Source of the DNA: a virus | DNA: 64,000 nt | Virus record (IMG/VR): IMGVR_UViG_3300029121_000001 | Reading direction: 5' to 3' (one strand) | Shown: one piece after another, positions 29,134 to 38,949 of the stretch | Layout of the letters: the number at the start of each line of letters is the position of its first letter | Numbering within the stretch: position 1 is the first letter of the stretch | Notes under the pieces: generated by a model | Told to the model about the DNA's origin: nothing | Seen by the model: the letters and a program-made list of their open reading frames with translations, nothing else | Databases searched by the model: none | Position numbers and translations under genes: made by a program

Positions 29134-29928
29134 TTACTCCAGTGCATCTTCCAGATCATCAATATTCTCATACTTGTTAGAATGAGAATTATTATTGGAA
29201 TGATTATTTGCAGAAGGATCAGAATACTCAGTGTTAGCTCCGTTAAAGAAATTATTATTCTTGTAGCTACCACCATTACCATTGCGAGTCTCAACACCAA
29301 CCTTATTGGCAATACTACGCATTAGCACATTCATACGATTAGATTCATAATAGTTAATATCATGAACACTAGCTGCAAATGCACCAGAGGCGGCACGAGC
29401 ATAATCAATCAGAACATCTCTGAACTCTTCCAGTTCAACATTGTTCATATACTCTTTCTGAATCTTGAGAGTATTCAGATCCTTAACATTGAAAATGGCA
29501 TTTGCATTTACGTTAAAATCATAACGCTGAGAAGACTCATAAGTTCCATCAGCATTGACCTTGGAAATAAACAGGAAAGGATTACCCTTTTCACGACCAA
29601 TGACAATAAAGCCCTTAGTTGTACCAGATCCAGTATCAACACCAAACTTATTATCTGCCTCAGATGCAATAATACGATTGACACCTTCAGCAAGAATACG
29701 AGCCTTGGTAGGAGACATATAAATGCTTGCCAATTCATTAGGACGAGTACCAACATCCTGAGAAGCTTCACTAATAGAAATCTTCAGAGTGCCCTTCCAA
29801 TAGTTGAAACCGATCATCTTATTATCAGTGTAATTCTTAATACGCATACGGGAATAATATGTGGGATTGTTATTGCTGTTACCATTGTTTCCAGAATTAT
29901 TATTCTGATAATTTCCACCGAGTGCCAT
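29134..29928 (-). CDS. hypothetical protein, possibly ssDNA-binding
   Basis: Start trimmed to ATG 29928 (SD AAGGAG). N/G/S-rich flanks and an acidic C-terminal tip ..NIDDLEDALE, reminiscent of SSB tails. Weak evidence. Confidence 0.3.
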   Translation of the reverse strand: MALGGNYQNNNSGNNGNSNNNPTYYSRMRIKNYTDNKMIGFNYWKGTLKISISEASQDVGTRPNELASIYMSPTKARILAEGVNRIIASEADNKFGVDTGSGTTKGFIVIGREKGNPFLFISKVNADGTYESSQRYDFNVNANAIFNVKDLNTLKIQKEYMNNVELEEFRDVLIDYARAASGAFAASVHDINYYESNRMNVLMRSIANKVGVETRNGNGGSYKNNNFFNGANTEYSDPSANNHSNNNSHSNKYENIDDLEDALE

Positions 29929-29986
29929 AGTTAAATCTCCTTTTATTAAATAGAATTTTTCGAACATAAACCCAATCAGGTTCATA

Positions 29987-29999
29987 ATTATATTATATC
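29987..29999 (-). promoter_or_regulatory. promoter-like motif variant GATATAATATAATTATG
   Basis: Minus strand reads CTGATATAATATAATTATGAAC, upstream of 29134..29928. Confidence 0.35.
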
Positions 30000-30058
30000 A
30001 GTATAACATTTATTGATCAGATTTATATAGTATTAATAAGTTTTTCAGTTAATAATAA

Positions 30059-31846
30059 TTAAAACTTTGGATCTGTTAATTTACTAACATCATCTCTTAA
30101 GACCAAAGTCATATTGTATAGAGATTGAACTGCTTCTTTTTCAGAAACACGAATATTAGTACAAGCCATATTAATAAAATTAGCTTTAGAGTTAGTGAAG
30201 TTTGCCAACTCTTGGTTGGTTTCATTAAAGAAAGATCCCTTAACTTGACCCATATCACCATCATAGTCAGCTCCCATACCATTTAGATATAGGTTAGAAA
30301 TTTGCATTGTATCAATGAATTTCTGAGCAGAAGGAGCATTGATATCTTCAAGCCTAATCTTTGGATAGAACTTATATAGTTCTCCATTAAGCATAATAGG
30401 TTCTGTTTCTTTAGTAGTAGCAACTTCAATACCTGTATAGATGGTATTAAAATAAGAGTCATAAGGATATCGAGTAAACGAAATTTGCTTACCATCAGTA
30501 GCTCTAATAGCTGCTACATAAATAACATCAACCCAAGTAAGAGGTCTCTGCAAAGTAGGTTCAGGTGATAGCTCTGCATCTTTTACACTGTCCCATCTCT
30601 TACCTTTAAAAGTCATATAATATGTATGGTCAGTATTCTTTGTAGGTAATTCAACAGGAATAAAACGAGTATCATGAGAATAAACAAATTTCTTTAGGTG
30701 ATCTTTAATCATATCATCATTGAAATAAGCCATAGGATCATCAGCTAATGCAATAGAAACTTGTTCACCATTATCATTTACGAATTCATATGATGTAGCA
30801 TTTTGAAGTTCATTTTCAAAGAATTTTCTGATATGGAACATCATGAAAGGATAGAAATCCGCTGCAACAGCAGCAAGTGGAATAGCAGATTTATCTATTG
30901 TTACCATTAGATCATCTACACTATTTGTATTTAGATTAGGAGCAGATAGGACTAGACGAGAAGAATAGTCAGAAGTATATCCCATATTTGCTCTAATCAA
31001 ACCAAATTTACCACCTAGACCAGAACCTTTATCTTTAATATCACTATTAGAATTTCCACAAAACCAGTCGTAAATAGCTTTCAATGTATTCTGAATTCTA
31101 TAGCAAGTAGTATCTGCCATAGATAGACCATAATCATTATTCTCTTTCAATGCTCTAGCAGCAGTAAGTAAATTAACATAGAAAGTATTGATCTGTCCAA
31201 CGCCGGTATGTTTACCAGTTGTATTAACGTCTCTATAGTAAGGAGGAATAACAATATATTTATTTATAAACATTCTTCCTTTGTTATAGTTATGCATTAT
31301 ATACTTAATACGCATATCTCTTGTGCGAGAATCAGTTTTCTTAAACTTAATTTTGCCAAAGTTTTGCTTAAGCCATTTAATGCCAGTATTGCCGGTTTCA
31401 TCTTCAACTAGCTCACCATCAGGAGTAATAATATATTTATTAATACCATTAATAATTCCTTTAAATTTAGAGTCAAGTTTTGTAAGAGTCTTCCAACAGC
31501 TCGGATCTATGAAATATTCTGCAAGATCGATATATGCATAAATACCAGATCTTTCTTTCTGAGTCATACCAAAGATTTCGTTAGAAAGAAGTCCATCTGA
31601 TGTAGGAGCTCCACTAGGAGAAAAGAAAGTAGGATTAGTAATTTCTTTAAGTTCATTTTGCTTAATATATAGAGGAACATCAAGAACCTCAAGTTGTAGA
31701 ACAGCATTATTTGCACGGTCTTGATAAGTAGCCTCATCAAGTCTAGTCCAATCAGGATCTTGATCAATACTTTCAAAAAATCTATCTAGAGGATCACTGT
31801 CCTGAAGATATCCATATTCGATAAGAATATTACAGTTATCAATCAT
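30059..31846 (-). CDS. multisubunit RNA polymerase beta'-like subunit, N-terminal part with catalytic DxDGD loop
   Basis: NGMGADYDGDMG matches the NADFDGD Mg-binding motif about 45 aa from the C-terminus. Start trimmed to ATG 31846 (SD GGAGG). Confidence 0.8.
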   Translation of the reverse strand: MIDNCNILIEYGYLQDSDPLDRFFESIDQDPDWTRLDEATYQDRANNAVLQLEVLDVPLYIKQNELKEITNPTFFSPSGAPTSDGLLSNEIFGMTQKERSGIYAYIDLAEYFIDPSCWKTLTKLDSKFKGIINGINKYIITPDGELVEDETGNTGIKWLKQNFGKIKFKKTDSRTRDMRIKYIMHNYNKGRMFINKYIVIPPYYRDVNTTGKHTGVGQINTFYVNLLTAARALKENNDYGLSMADTTCYRIQNTLKAIYDWFCGNSNSDIKDKGSGLGGKFGLIRANMGYTSDYSSRLVLSAPNLNTNSVDDLMVTIDKSAIPLAAVAADFYPFMMFHIRKFFENELQNATSYEFVNDNGEQVSIALADDPMAYFNDDMIKDHLKKFVYSHDTRFIPVELPTKNTDHTYYMTFKGKRWDSVKDAELSPEPTLQRPLTWVDVIYVAAIRATDGKQISFTRYPYDSYFNTIYTGIEVATTKETEPIMLNGELYKFYPKIRLEDINAPSAQKFIDTMQISNLYLNGMGADYDGDMGQVKGSFFNETNQELANFTNSKANFINMACTNIRVSEKEAVQSLYNMTLVLRDDVSKLTDPKF

Positions 31847-32471
31847 TGTTATTACCTCCTTCTGCAACAGCATTTAAAACAGAAACATATCTAGAGTGCA
31901 TTTTTCCAAAATACTCTTTTTCTTCGTTATTACCAATATATGCAAAGAAATATAGTTTCTCCATTAATGAATAATACTGTACACTTATTTTAAATAATAT
32001 ATCTTCCTGGTTAGCTTCATACAGTGGACTACATAAATATCTAATGGAGCATAATACATTAGATATATTAGAAAGAATAATAGCTTCTTTACATGGACCA
32101 TTAGCATAAAAAATATGTTCATGTGAATAAATAATATCATCAATTAAGGTATACAAAATTGAATCAGTATGAACCAATGTATCTATATCATCTCTATATT
32201 TAGCATTAAATAGTTCATATATAATAGCGGTTATAGAATCTTCTATAGCATTAATAGTAAATACAGGAGCTTGCTCAAAAGAAGTACAAAATATATTACC
32301 ACATATAGCAGAGATATCATTATGATTAATTGCAGATAAAAAATCTATGCATTCATTTATAGATCCAAATACATGATCTGATTTAATTCTTTCATTGAAT
32401 TCAAAATATCTATCTGATCTAGACTTAAATTTCTTTTGACAAAATGCATTAATTTGTCTATCAGTCATCAT
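31839..32471 (-). CDS. hypothetical protein
   Basis: ORF track. Start trimmed to ATG 32471 (SD AAGGAGAG). Its 3' end overlaps the beta' start by 8 nt. Confidence 0.5.
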   Translation of the reverse strand: MMTDRQINAFCQKKFKSRSDRYFEFNERIKSDHVFGSINECIDFLSAINHNDISAICGNIFCTSFEQAPVFTINAIEDSITAIIYELFNAKYRDDIDTLVHTDSILYTLIDDIIYSHEHIFYANGPCKEAIILSNISNVLCSIRYLCSPLYEANQEDILFKISVQYYSLMEKLYFFAYIGNNEEKEYFGKMHSRYVSVLNAVAEGGNNND

Positions 32472-32525
32472 ATTCTTTCTCTCCTTTTTAATCATTTAAT
32501 GTAACGTTGAATTAATAAAAATATC

Positions 32526-32549
32526 GGGATAGAGCTTCTACTCTATCCC
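32526..32549 (-). terminator. intrinsic terminator (hairpin)
   Basis: GGGATAGAG/CTCTATCCC hairpin after 32555..33088. Confidence 0.55.
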
Positions 32550-32554
32550 AAATG

Positions 32555-33088
32555 TTAAAAATTAAATGCTATCTTATCTAAAGCTTTAGTCCAATTATAA
32601 AAATACAAATTATAATCTGCATTCTTATATAAATAATATAACGTCTTGAAATAATACTTCCCCATTAGAAGTATCCAACCTTTTTCATAAAAATTTTCAT
32701 TATGATTTTTTCTTACAATCTTAAGAAGAATTTTTATTATTCTTTTAAAATAGAAATAAAAAGAATAATCAATATTCATATTATCTACTTCAGATAAAGA
32801 AACCATATAATAAATTACAGCAAGTTCTGCAATATTATTTTCTTTAATAGCTTTAAAAATAGTATTAATGATATAGCAAATGCCAAAGTCAATACTATTA
32901 ATTGCTTTTATATCATTATTTCTTTTTCTATGTTTTTCATATTCTTTATCAGAAAGATATTTAAGAGAATCTTTAATATCTACTAAAGCATACTTTATAT
33001 CATCGTATTCACAGCTAGAAGTTTCTACTCTAAGTCCAAAATCCAAAGGTCTAGATTCTGGTGTATATATTCTATTTCTCATACTCAT
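32555..33088 (-). CDS. hypothetical protein
   Basis: ORF track. Weak SD. Confidence 0.45.
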   Translation of the reverse strand: MSMRNRIYTPESRPLDFGLRVETSSCEYDDIKYALVDIKDSLKYLSDKEYEKHRKRNNDIKAINSIDFGICYIINTIFKAIKENNIAELAVIYYMVSLSEVDNMNIDYSFYFYFKRIIKILLKIVRKNHNENFYEKGWILLMGKYYFKTLYYLYKNADYNLYFYNWTKALDKIAFNF

Positions 33089-33127
33089 AGATAATAATCA
33101 CCCCTTATATAATATTATTATAAATGT

Positions 33128-33152
33128 GGGATAGAGAGTACATCTCTATCCC
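33128..33152 (-). terminator. intrinsic terminator (hairpin)
   Basis: GGGATAGAGA/TCTCTATCCC hairpin 8 nt after the endolysin stop. Confidence 0.5.
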
Positions 33153-33159
33153 ATTATTT

Positions 33160-34140
33160 TTATACAACGGTAAGATATTTCTTATCTACATATCCAGTCA
33201 GTGCACCGGTTTGATATACAGAAATTCCAATTTTATTTCCACTAATAGATCTTATATATAGTTTAGAAGTATAAACCCAAGATGCGAAAGTCTTAGTAGA
33301 ATTATAAATTGGAGCATTCTTAGTAATGGTAACTTGCTTTCCAACTACCAGTGTATTACTAGCAGGAAGAAGTTTTGCCCAAGAAGGATCATATGCAATC
33401 CAGTTATTATTAGCAATTCTATACCGAGTATATCCACCCATATTCTCAGTAGCAGTATAGTTATAATAACCTTGCTTAGCATGTCCTATAGCTTTGCCAT
33501 TATTATCTCTAATTCTTAGATTATTTGTCATAACTTGAATTTGATTAACATTGGTATTTCTAGCTACAGGAACAGCTATAACAGATGTAGTGGATTCTTT
33601 TACTACTGTTGTATCTTTTACAGCTGGATTATAAATAAATCCTCTAAAATGATATTTACCAGCAGTTCCCCAGTTACCATCAGATCCTTTACTTCTGACT
33701 CTATTTCTAAAAGCAAAAGAATTATATCCAGATTCAGAAGTTTTGACACTAGTAGAGCTTATAACAGATTCTACAACTGCTACATGACCAGCACCATCAC
33801 TACGCTTAAGTGTAGCACCTTTTTGCCAAACCATAATAGCTCCAGCTTTAGGAGTAAGTCCAACGGACAATCCATATGCTTTTGCTACTTCAATAAAGTT
33901 TTCTGCATTGCAGCAAAAATTAGGATATTTGATTCCATTAAATCCAGTAAGAAGATTATAAATATGATTAAATCTACCACAAGCCCAACCAACACAATTA
34001 CACAGCACATTGCAATCAGAATCGGCAGGCTTACCAGTAATACATCTAGATTTACCACCTTTAGATGCATTATTGTATAGATATGCATACCTATCTGTCT
34101 TCCTTGGCTTAGAAGTCAAAATAGGAAAAGGATTAGCCAT
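33160..34140 (-). CDS. endolysin: N-terminal Cys-His peptidase/amidase (CHAP/NlpC-P60-like) plus C-terminal SH3b-like repeats
   Basis: NCVGWACGRF (nucleophile Cys) and GAGHVAVVESV (His). Two C-terminal SH3b-like modules (..NNLRIRDNNGKAIGH..YTRYRIANNNWIAYD.. and ..ITKNAPIYNS..GALTGYVDKKYL). Confidence 0.7.
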   Translation of the reverse strand: MANPFPILTSKPRKTDRYAYLYNNASKGGKSRCITGKPADSDCNVLCNCVGWACGRFNHIYNLLTGFNGIKYPNFCCNAENFIEVAKAYGLSVGLTPKAGAIMVWQKGATLKRSDGAGHVAVVESVISSTSVKTSESGYNSFAFRNRVRSKGSDGNWGTAGKYHFRGFIYNPAVKDTTVVKESTTSVIAVPVARNTNVNQIQVMTNNLRIRDNNGKAIGHAKQGYYNYTATENMGGYTRYRIANNNWIAYDPSWAKLLPASNTLVVGKQVTITKNAPIYNSTKTFASWVYTSKLYIRSISGNKIGISVYQTGALTGYVDKKYLTVV

Positions 34141-34162
34141 TGGTAATCACCTCTTTAAAGAT

Positions 34163-34525
34163 TTATCCCAAATCTTCATCATAATCTGGGACATTTGATT
34201 CATCCTGCACATCAATGGCTTTCTCTTCGGAAACTTGAGCAGTGATAGTTTCTGGAATATCCTGAATATCAAGTTCATTTGTGTAATCTGGCATGTCTTT
34301 ATATTCAGTACTAGGAGCGTCTTTACTTTTGACCTTAATGCCAAACAGTAAAGCTAACTCAATTGTCCAAGCTGCAAACCAAGCAGTGGTCAATTCAGCA
34401 GGAACAGTATGATCATAGAAAGATAGTACCAGTACTACAATAGTGTACCAAATGATATTCATGATTGCTAAAATAGTAAACTTTGTTCTCCGTTTCATGG
34501 GAACTTTCTTTTTAGCATGCTTCAT
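34163..34525 (-). CDS. holin/antiholin-like membrane protein
   Basis: Basic N-terminus, two TM segments, acidic tail. Start overlaps the stop of 34522..34794 (ATGA). Sits between the holin and the endolysin. Confidence 0.4.
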   Translation of the reverse strand: MKHAKKKVPMKRRTKFTILAIMNIIWYTIVVLVLSFYDHTVPAELTTAWFAAWTIELALLFGIKVKSKDAPSTEYKDMPDYTNELDIQDIPETITAQVSEEKAIDVQDESNVPDYDEDLG

Positions 34526-34794
34526 TGATCATCACTCTTATCGTTCTTAATAGTGGTAGTAGTAATGGTATTATTAGCAGTAGTATTAGCGGAGATACGG
34601 CTAGAATCAACCAGACCTTCACCAATAATATATGCAATCAGAGTTGCACCTGCCATGATAATAGAAGTTGCTTCTGCAATTTGATTATCAGAGAATCCAA
34701 ATGCGATAAGCAAAGGAGTAACAAAGCCAACAACGGCTGCCCAAAATTTACGAGAAGTAAGCTTCTGTTTCCAATTAATCTTATTGTCACTCAT
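34522..34794 (-). CDS. holin
   Basis: 90 aa. ..KLTSRKFWAAVVGFVTPLLIAFG.. plus a second TM segment. SD AAGGAG. First gene of the lysis cassette. Confidence 0.55.
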   Translation of the reverse strand: MSDNKINWKQKLTSRKFWAAVVGFVTPLLIAFGFSDNQIAEATSIIMAGATLIAYIIGEGLVDSSRISANTTANNTITTTTIKNDKSDDQ

Positions 34795-34870
34795 AATATT
34801 ATTCTCCTTTTGTAGTAAAGATTATCAGAATTAAAAGTTTCTGATTTTATTAGAATGTAGGAATAAATTA

Positions 34871-34915
34871 ATCAAAAAAAAAATAAAGAGGAGTGGGCAA
34901 ATGAGACCCACTCCT
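34871..34915 (-). terminator. intrinsic terminator
   Basis: Hairpin GAGGAGTGGG/CCCACTCCTC, then TTTATTTTTTTTTT on the minus strand. Confidence 0.7.
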
Positions 34916-34930
34916 CAATATCAAATTACT

Positions 34931-35560
34931 TTAACCCTTCATCTCATCGTTCGGAGTATAACTCCGTTTGCACATTTTCTCAGTAAATGCAACAATATGA
35001 ACAGTGTAATTCTTACCATCCTTGTTTTTATGAACCCTGATATTTGTAAGAATATCGTTATCACGATAGTAAACATTAGACAGGTTGTTACACTTCTTGA
35101 ACTCCTCCTTTGCAGATTCGATGATACTCTTCACAAGGAAGATAACACCGGTATATGCATCATTATGAAGATCAAGATAATCAAAGCCATGGATGCTATG
35201 ATTAAAGTTATCAGCATCCATTAGTGCAGATTTCATCTTATCATCAATGGTCTCATTGATAAGAGTTTCCATCTGAGTATTAAAAATACTAGGTGCATCA
35301 TCTGCAGCAAGTCTGATGATTGCATTACGGGCGGTTTTAATTGCCTTGAAATTGTATCCAAACTTTTTATCGAAGTCGGATACAATGCAAGCGTTGATAA
35401 GGCTAAAGAGCATCCCATTGATATGAGGCGCATTTTCCCCATATTTTACATTGAAATCCGTCGACATGGTCTGAATACCATAAACAGTTTCATCCAGATT
35501 GTATGTCCTGGTAATGGAATCCTCGAACATCGCGGGAGCAATAAATTTCATTTCTGCCAT
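34931..35560 (-). CDS. hypothetical protein, paralog family member A
   Basis: MAEMKFIAPAMFEDSITRTYNL..FNVKYGENAPHINGMLFSLINA..GFDYLDLHNDAYTGVIFLV aligns along its length with 36022..36606. Confidence 0.55.
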   Translation of the reverse strand: MAEMKFIAPAMFEDSITRTYNLDETVYGIQTMSTDFNVKYGENAPHINGMLFSLINACIVSDFDKKFGYNFKAIKTARNAIIRLAADDAPSIFNTQMETLINETIDDKMKSALMDADNFNHSIHGFDYLDLHNDAYTGVIFLVKSIIESAKEEFKKCNNLSNVYYRDNDILTNIRVHKNKDGKNYTVHIVAFTEKMCKRSYTPNDEMKG

Positions 35561-35620
35561 CGTAAATACATCCTTTCTGATTATAAATATATAATGATGA
35601 GGAATACCTTATCCCTCATC

Positions 35621-35632
35621 ATTATAATACCT
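35621..35632 (-). promoter_or_regulatory. promoter-like motif AGGTATTATAATGATG
   Basis: Minus strand reads AATTAGGTATTATAATGATGAGG, directly after the hairpin GATGAGG/CCCTCATC (35594..35621). Confidence 0.4.
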
Positions 35633-35686
35633 AATTATTTTACAAATTCATTTAAATCATCGCAAATCTATAATAAGCATCAGCAA

Positions 35687-36019
35687 TTACTTCATAATGC
35701 TTTTAGATGCTCTGGAATTGGTTTTACTTAATTGACTATGCTGACGTTCCATGATTGTATCAAAAGCACTGCATCCATCATTAGGATCCATATTAGAAGT
35801 ATTGCCACTAAGTGTAGTACAGGATGGATTAGGGTCAATGCTTCTTACACCAGTACCATAGTAAATACTAGGAACAGGCTGAGTAGGAAATTCATTGGCA
35901 GTAGCAATGATCTCTCCATTACCATTGATAGAAACTTTAACAGAACCATCTTTAAAACCATAGATTCTGCTCAACATTTTTTCGATGTCCGTAGTGCTTA
36001 ATTTAATATTGATTTCCAT
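35687..36019 (-). CDS. hypothetical protein
   Basis: Start trimmed to ATG 36019 (SD GGGAGG). Confidence 0.5.
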   Translation of the reverse strand: MEINIKLSTTDIEKMLSRIYGFKDGSVKVSINGNGEIIATANEFPTQPVPSIYYGTGVRSIDPNPSCTTLSGNTSNMDPNDGCSAFDTIMERQHSQLSKTNSRASKSIMK

Positions 36020-36021
36020 AA

Positions 36022-36606
36022 TTAAACCTCCCTGCATTTATCTGCATATGCTTTAATGGTGATATTGTAAATATTTGGAGAGAAAGAAATTCTACGTATA
36101 GAGATAGAAGTGAAGGCATCACTGGTAATAATTTTAATCAGAGAAAGGTCTTTTTCCATCTCAGAGATGCTTTCCTCGATAACGTGATTAATGATAAACA
36201 TAACGCCTTCATATGCGTTATTCTTTAAATCAAAGTACGTAAACCCATCGATTTTAGTATTATAATTATCATTATCAAAGAGAGCAACTTCGAACTGAGG
36301 CTCAATGGTACAAGCCTGAAGAGATTTAAAAATCTTTTCAAGTTTGTTCTCATAATGATGAGTATCGAAACTCATAATGCGGCTATACTTTTCAGAGCTA
36401 CAATGGTAATCATTATCATCATTACCGATTGCAGCCATGTTGATCAGAGAGAACGTTAGTCCACTAAAGCTAGGCACATTGCCAATACGATAGTTGACAT
36501 CAAAACCTTCAGACAAAGCGCCAACAATAGAGATCACATGCTGAAGATTATAGTACCGAGTAGTCTTATCCGTATATATGAGTGGCATCGCAAATTTCAG
36601 TTCCAT
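36022..36606 (-). CDS. hypothetical protein, paralog family member B
   Basis: MELKFAMPLIYTDKTTRYYNL..FDVNYRIGNVPSFSGLTFSLINM..GFTYFDLKNNAYEGVMFII. Confidence 0.55.
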   Translation of the reverse strand: MELKFAMPLIYTDKTTRYYNLQHVISIVGALSEGFDVNYRIGNVPSFSGLTFSLINMAAIGNDDNDYHCSSEKYSRIMSFDTHHYENKLEKIFKSLQACTIEPQFEVALFDNDNYNTKIDGFTYFDLKNNAYEGVMFIINHVIEESISEMEKDLSLIKIITSDAFTSISIRRISFSPNIYNITIKAYADKCREV

Positions 36607-36633
36607 GTTTTATTTCCTTTCTGGTTATAGAGA

Positions 36634-37326
36634 TTATTGTTTCCTATTAATCTCTGAAGAAATTGTGAAAACAGCTGAATTATTTAGATTATCAATTTCA
36701 AGTTTAAATGAAATCTTCTTACTACTATCAGTGATTTCATAAACCGTTGTAATCGGATATTCAGCTGCTACATGCTGTTGGATACCATTCTTCATTCCTG
36801 CTCCAATATTATAAAGGATACTATAAAGCAGGAAATTAATGCATCTACTAATAGTAGATTTTGCATATTCATATGACTTTCCAGCAATGTACGGATTAAA
36901 TCCTTTTGCTTTATTCAGGAAATATCCATATTTCTTAATAATTGCATCAATCGGATTTTCTTCACCTCCTCTTGTCTTATTGATAAGATCATAAAGATCA
37001 AGATAGTCTTTAAAGAGTCTCCTGATCTTAATAATATTACCAGTATCAGTAATATCAGGAATCACAATTTTCAGCTTAGCGATTCTTTTTGTATCGTAAA
37101 GATCTCTGTATACTGTATACAGGATACTGTTATATTTAGAGACTCTATTATCACGATATGCATAGTTACTGCATATCATGATAACACCATTGCATAGATC
37201 TGCTAAGCCAGGATCGATAAAATTAATGATAGCATATCCTTCATCATTTTCTTTAGGAACGAAGTTTATGATATCATATTCCTTTGTAGTAGTTTCCTTA
37301 AATGGAGCTACGAATAATTCTGCCAT
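36634..37326 (-). CDS. hypothetical protein, paralog family member C (N-terminal similarity)
   Basis: MAELFVAPFKETTTKEYDI.. shares the MAExxF(I/V)AP...T..Y leader with member A. Confidence 0.5.
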   Translation of the reverse strand: MAELFVAPFKETTTKEYDIINFVPKENDEGYAIINFIDPGLADLCNGVIMICSNYAYRDNRVSKYNSILYTVYRDLYDTKRIAKLKIVIPDITDTGNIIKIRRLFKDYLDLYDLINKTRGGEENPIDAIIKKYGYFLNKAKGFNPYIAGKSYEYAKSTISRCINFLLYSILYNIGAGMKNGIQQHVAAEYPITTVYEITDSSKKISFKLEIDNLNNSAVFTISSEINRKQ

Positions 37327-37357
37327 ATATTACCACTCTTTTCTTTTTAACGAATTC

Positions 37358-37933
37358 TCAATACAAAACTGTTCTATTGCCATCCTTATCTATAACATCG
37401 CAAACTGGATAAATGGATAATACAAATGAGATTTTATCGGTATCATCTATTCTAGAAGCTGTGAATATAATGCTATTTTGATATTCATATCCTCCAGTAA
37501 TCATAATTTTCCAGATTTCATCTCTATGATTATCTAACAATTTTGCACTTGCGATCAGCATAGTGTCAATTAATTGAATTGCTGGATAATAACACTCTGC
37601 ATATTTTTTCAACTTTTTAGATACGGCTTCATATAAAGCATCTGAATGAATAAGCTTTGAAAATTTAAATGATGAATCGACTCTAATTACATAATGACCA
37701 ATTGTTGATGCTGATACCATAAAATCTATTTGATCTATATTAATGATTTTACTATAATAGGCTTTATGATCATGAATTTCATCAGCAATAGATCTATATA
37801 TCAAATTTAAATTTCCAAAAGCACAATCAATATCATATTCGTTATATCTTTTTTCTTCACACTCCTCTTTAGCTTTATCAATAAACCAATCAATGTCATA
37901 CGTGATATCTAGAATCTTTGGCTTCGACTTCAT
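37358..37933 (-). CDS. hypothetical protein
   Basis: ORF track 37358..38047. Start trimmed to MKSKPKILD (ATG 37933), because the longer form overlaps the upstream gene by 150 nt. Confidence 0.4.
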   Translation of the reverse strand: MKSKPKILDITYDIDWFIDKAKEECEEKRYNEYDIDCAFGNLNLIYRSIADEIHDHKAYYSKIINIDQIDFMVSASTIGHYVIRVDSSFKFSKLIHSDALYEAVSKKLKKYAECYYPAIQLIDTMLIASAKLLDNHRDEIWKIMITGGYEYQNSIIFTASRIDDTDKISFVLSIYPVCDVIDKDGNRTVLY

Positions 37934-38627
37934 ATTTTGCCCTTTCCAACATCTTCTCTTCTCTAAAAGTATGCATCTTAGAAAAGAAATCTTTAGTAAT
38001 CGGAAAAGAATCTCCAGGCATTCTGATTGTACAAATACATCCTTCATGAGTTTTCCTCATAGAAATCTTATGAAGAGAATTTGGATACATATAAAGTATC
38101 ACTGATTTTACAGATGGAGTTTCGTCAAGCATATTATACATTGCTTTAAGACAAAAATCCAAAAGGCCGATGGTATAGATCCAATGAGGATCATAGTCAT
38201 CTGATGGATCAAAACTGTATCGTCCATTATAGATACCAGGAAGATGATTTCCAAGAGCATCATAGTTATGAACAAAATCTTGGAACACTTTATAAATACC
38301 TGGTGCGACAAGACTACCAAATCTGAAATTGTTATCGAATTCGATAGTCAAAGTTTCAAGATCTCTATCAGTAGTCATATACTGACAAATTTTTCTGCCT
38401 TTATCTGATAATCCTGATACCTCTTCAAGATTACTAGCAATATTGATCATTGAATCTTCCCATGTTCGAAGCATATTATATGGAGAAGGATCAGTCTTAG
38501 TGAATTCCACCTTTGCTTTAGAATATTTTTCTTCATATTGCTTCCGAAAATCTTCGATATTGAACCCATATTCAATAGGATAAATATGAGTATTGACGAA
38601 AGAAAAAGAAATATTCATATCTTTCAT
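37896..38627 (-). CDS. hypothetical protein
   Basis: ORF track. SD AAGGAG. ATG overlaps the upstream TAA (TAATG). Confidence 0.5.
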   Translation of the reverse strand: MKDMNISFSFVNTHIYPIEYGFNIEDFRKQYEEKYSKAKVEFTKTDPSPYNMLRTWEDSMINIASNLEEVSGLSDKGRKICQYMTTDRDLETLTIEFDNNFRFGSLVAPGIYKVFQDFVHNYDALGNHLPGIYNGRYSFDPSDDYDPHWIYTIGLLDFCLKAMYNMLDETPSVKSVILYMYPNSLHKISMRKTHEGCICTIRMPGDSFPITKDFFSKMHTFREEKMLERAKYEVEAKDSRYHV

Positions 38628-38935
38628 TATACATTCTCCTTTGTAACAGTGAACTTCCGAATATGTCTGCGGCCATTACTAGTATACATGAGCGTAATAT
38701 AACGCTCAGTAGCAGTATATCCAATGCTTTTATATTTAACCGTAGGCATTGTTTCGATATACTCTGTAAAATCCATTCTCTTGATGGATTCTGTAAGCAG
38801 TGTATTGATATCATTGAGAACACCAACAATTGCATTACTACTATCAGATGTCAGAAGATCATCATCACAATAAGGAATAACATTTTTACCATCAACAAAG
38901 TTATCATAGCAGTGAATCTTATAAATTTCAGACAT
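38627..38935 (-). CDS. hypothetical protein
   Basis: ORF track. SD AAGGAGGA. Confidence 0.5.
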   Translation of the reverse strand: MSEIYKIHCYDNFVDGKNVIPYCDDDLLTSDSSNAIVGVLNDINTLLTESIKRMDFTEYIETMPTVKYKSIGYTATERYITLMYTSNGRRHIRKFTVTKENV

Positions 38936-38949
38936 TTTTATTTTCCTCC

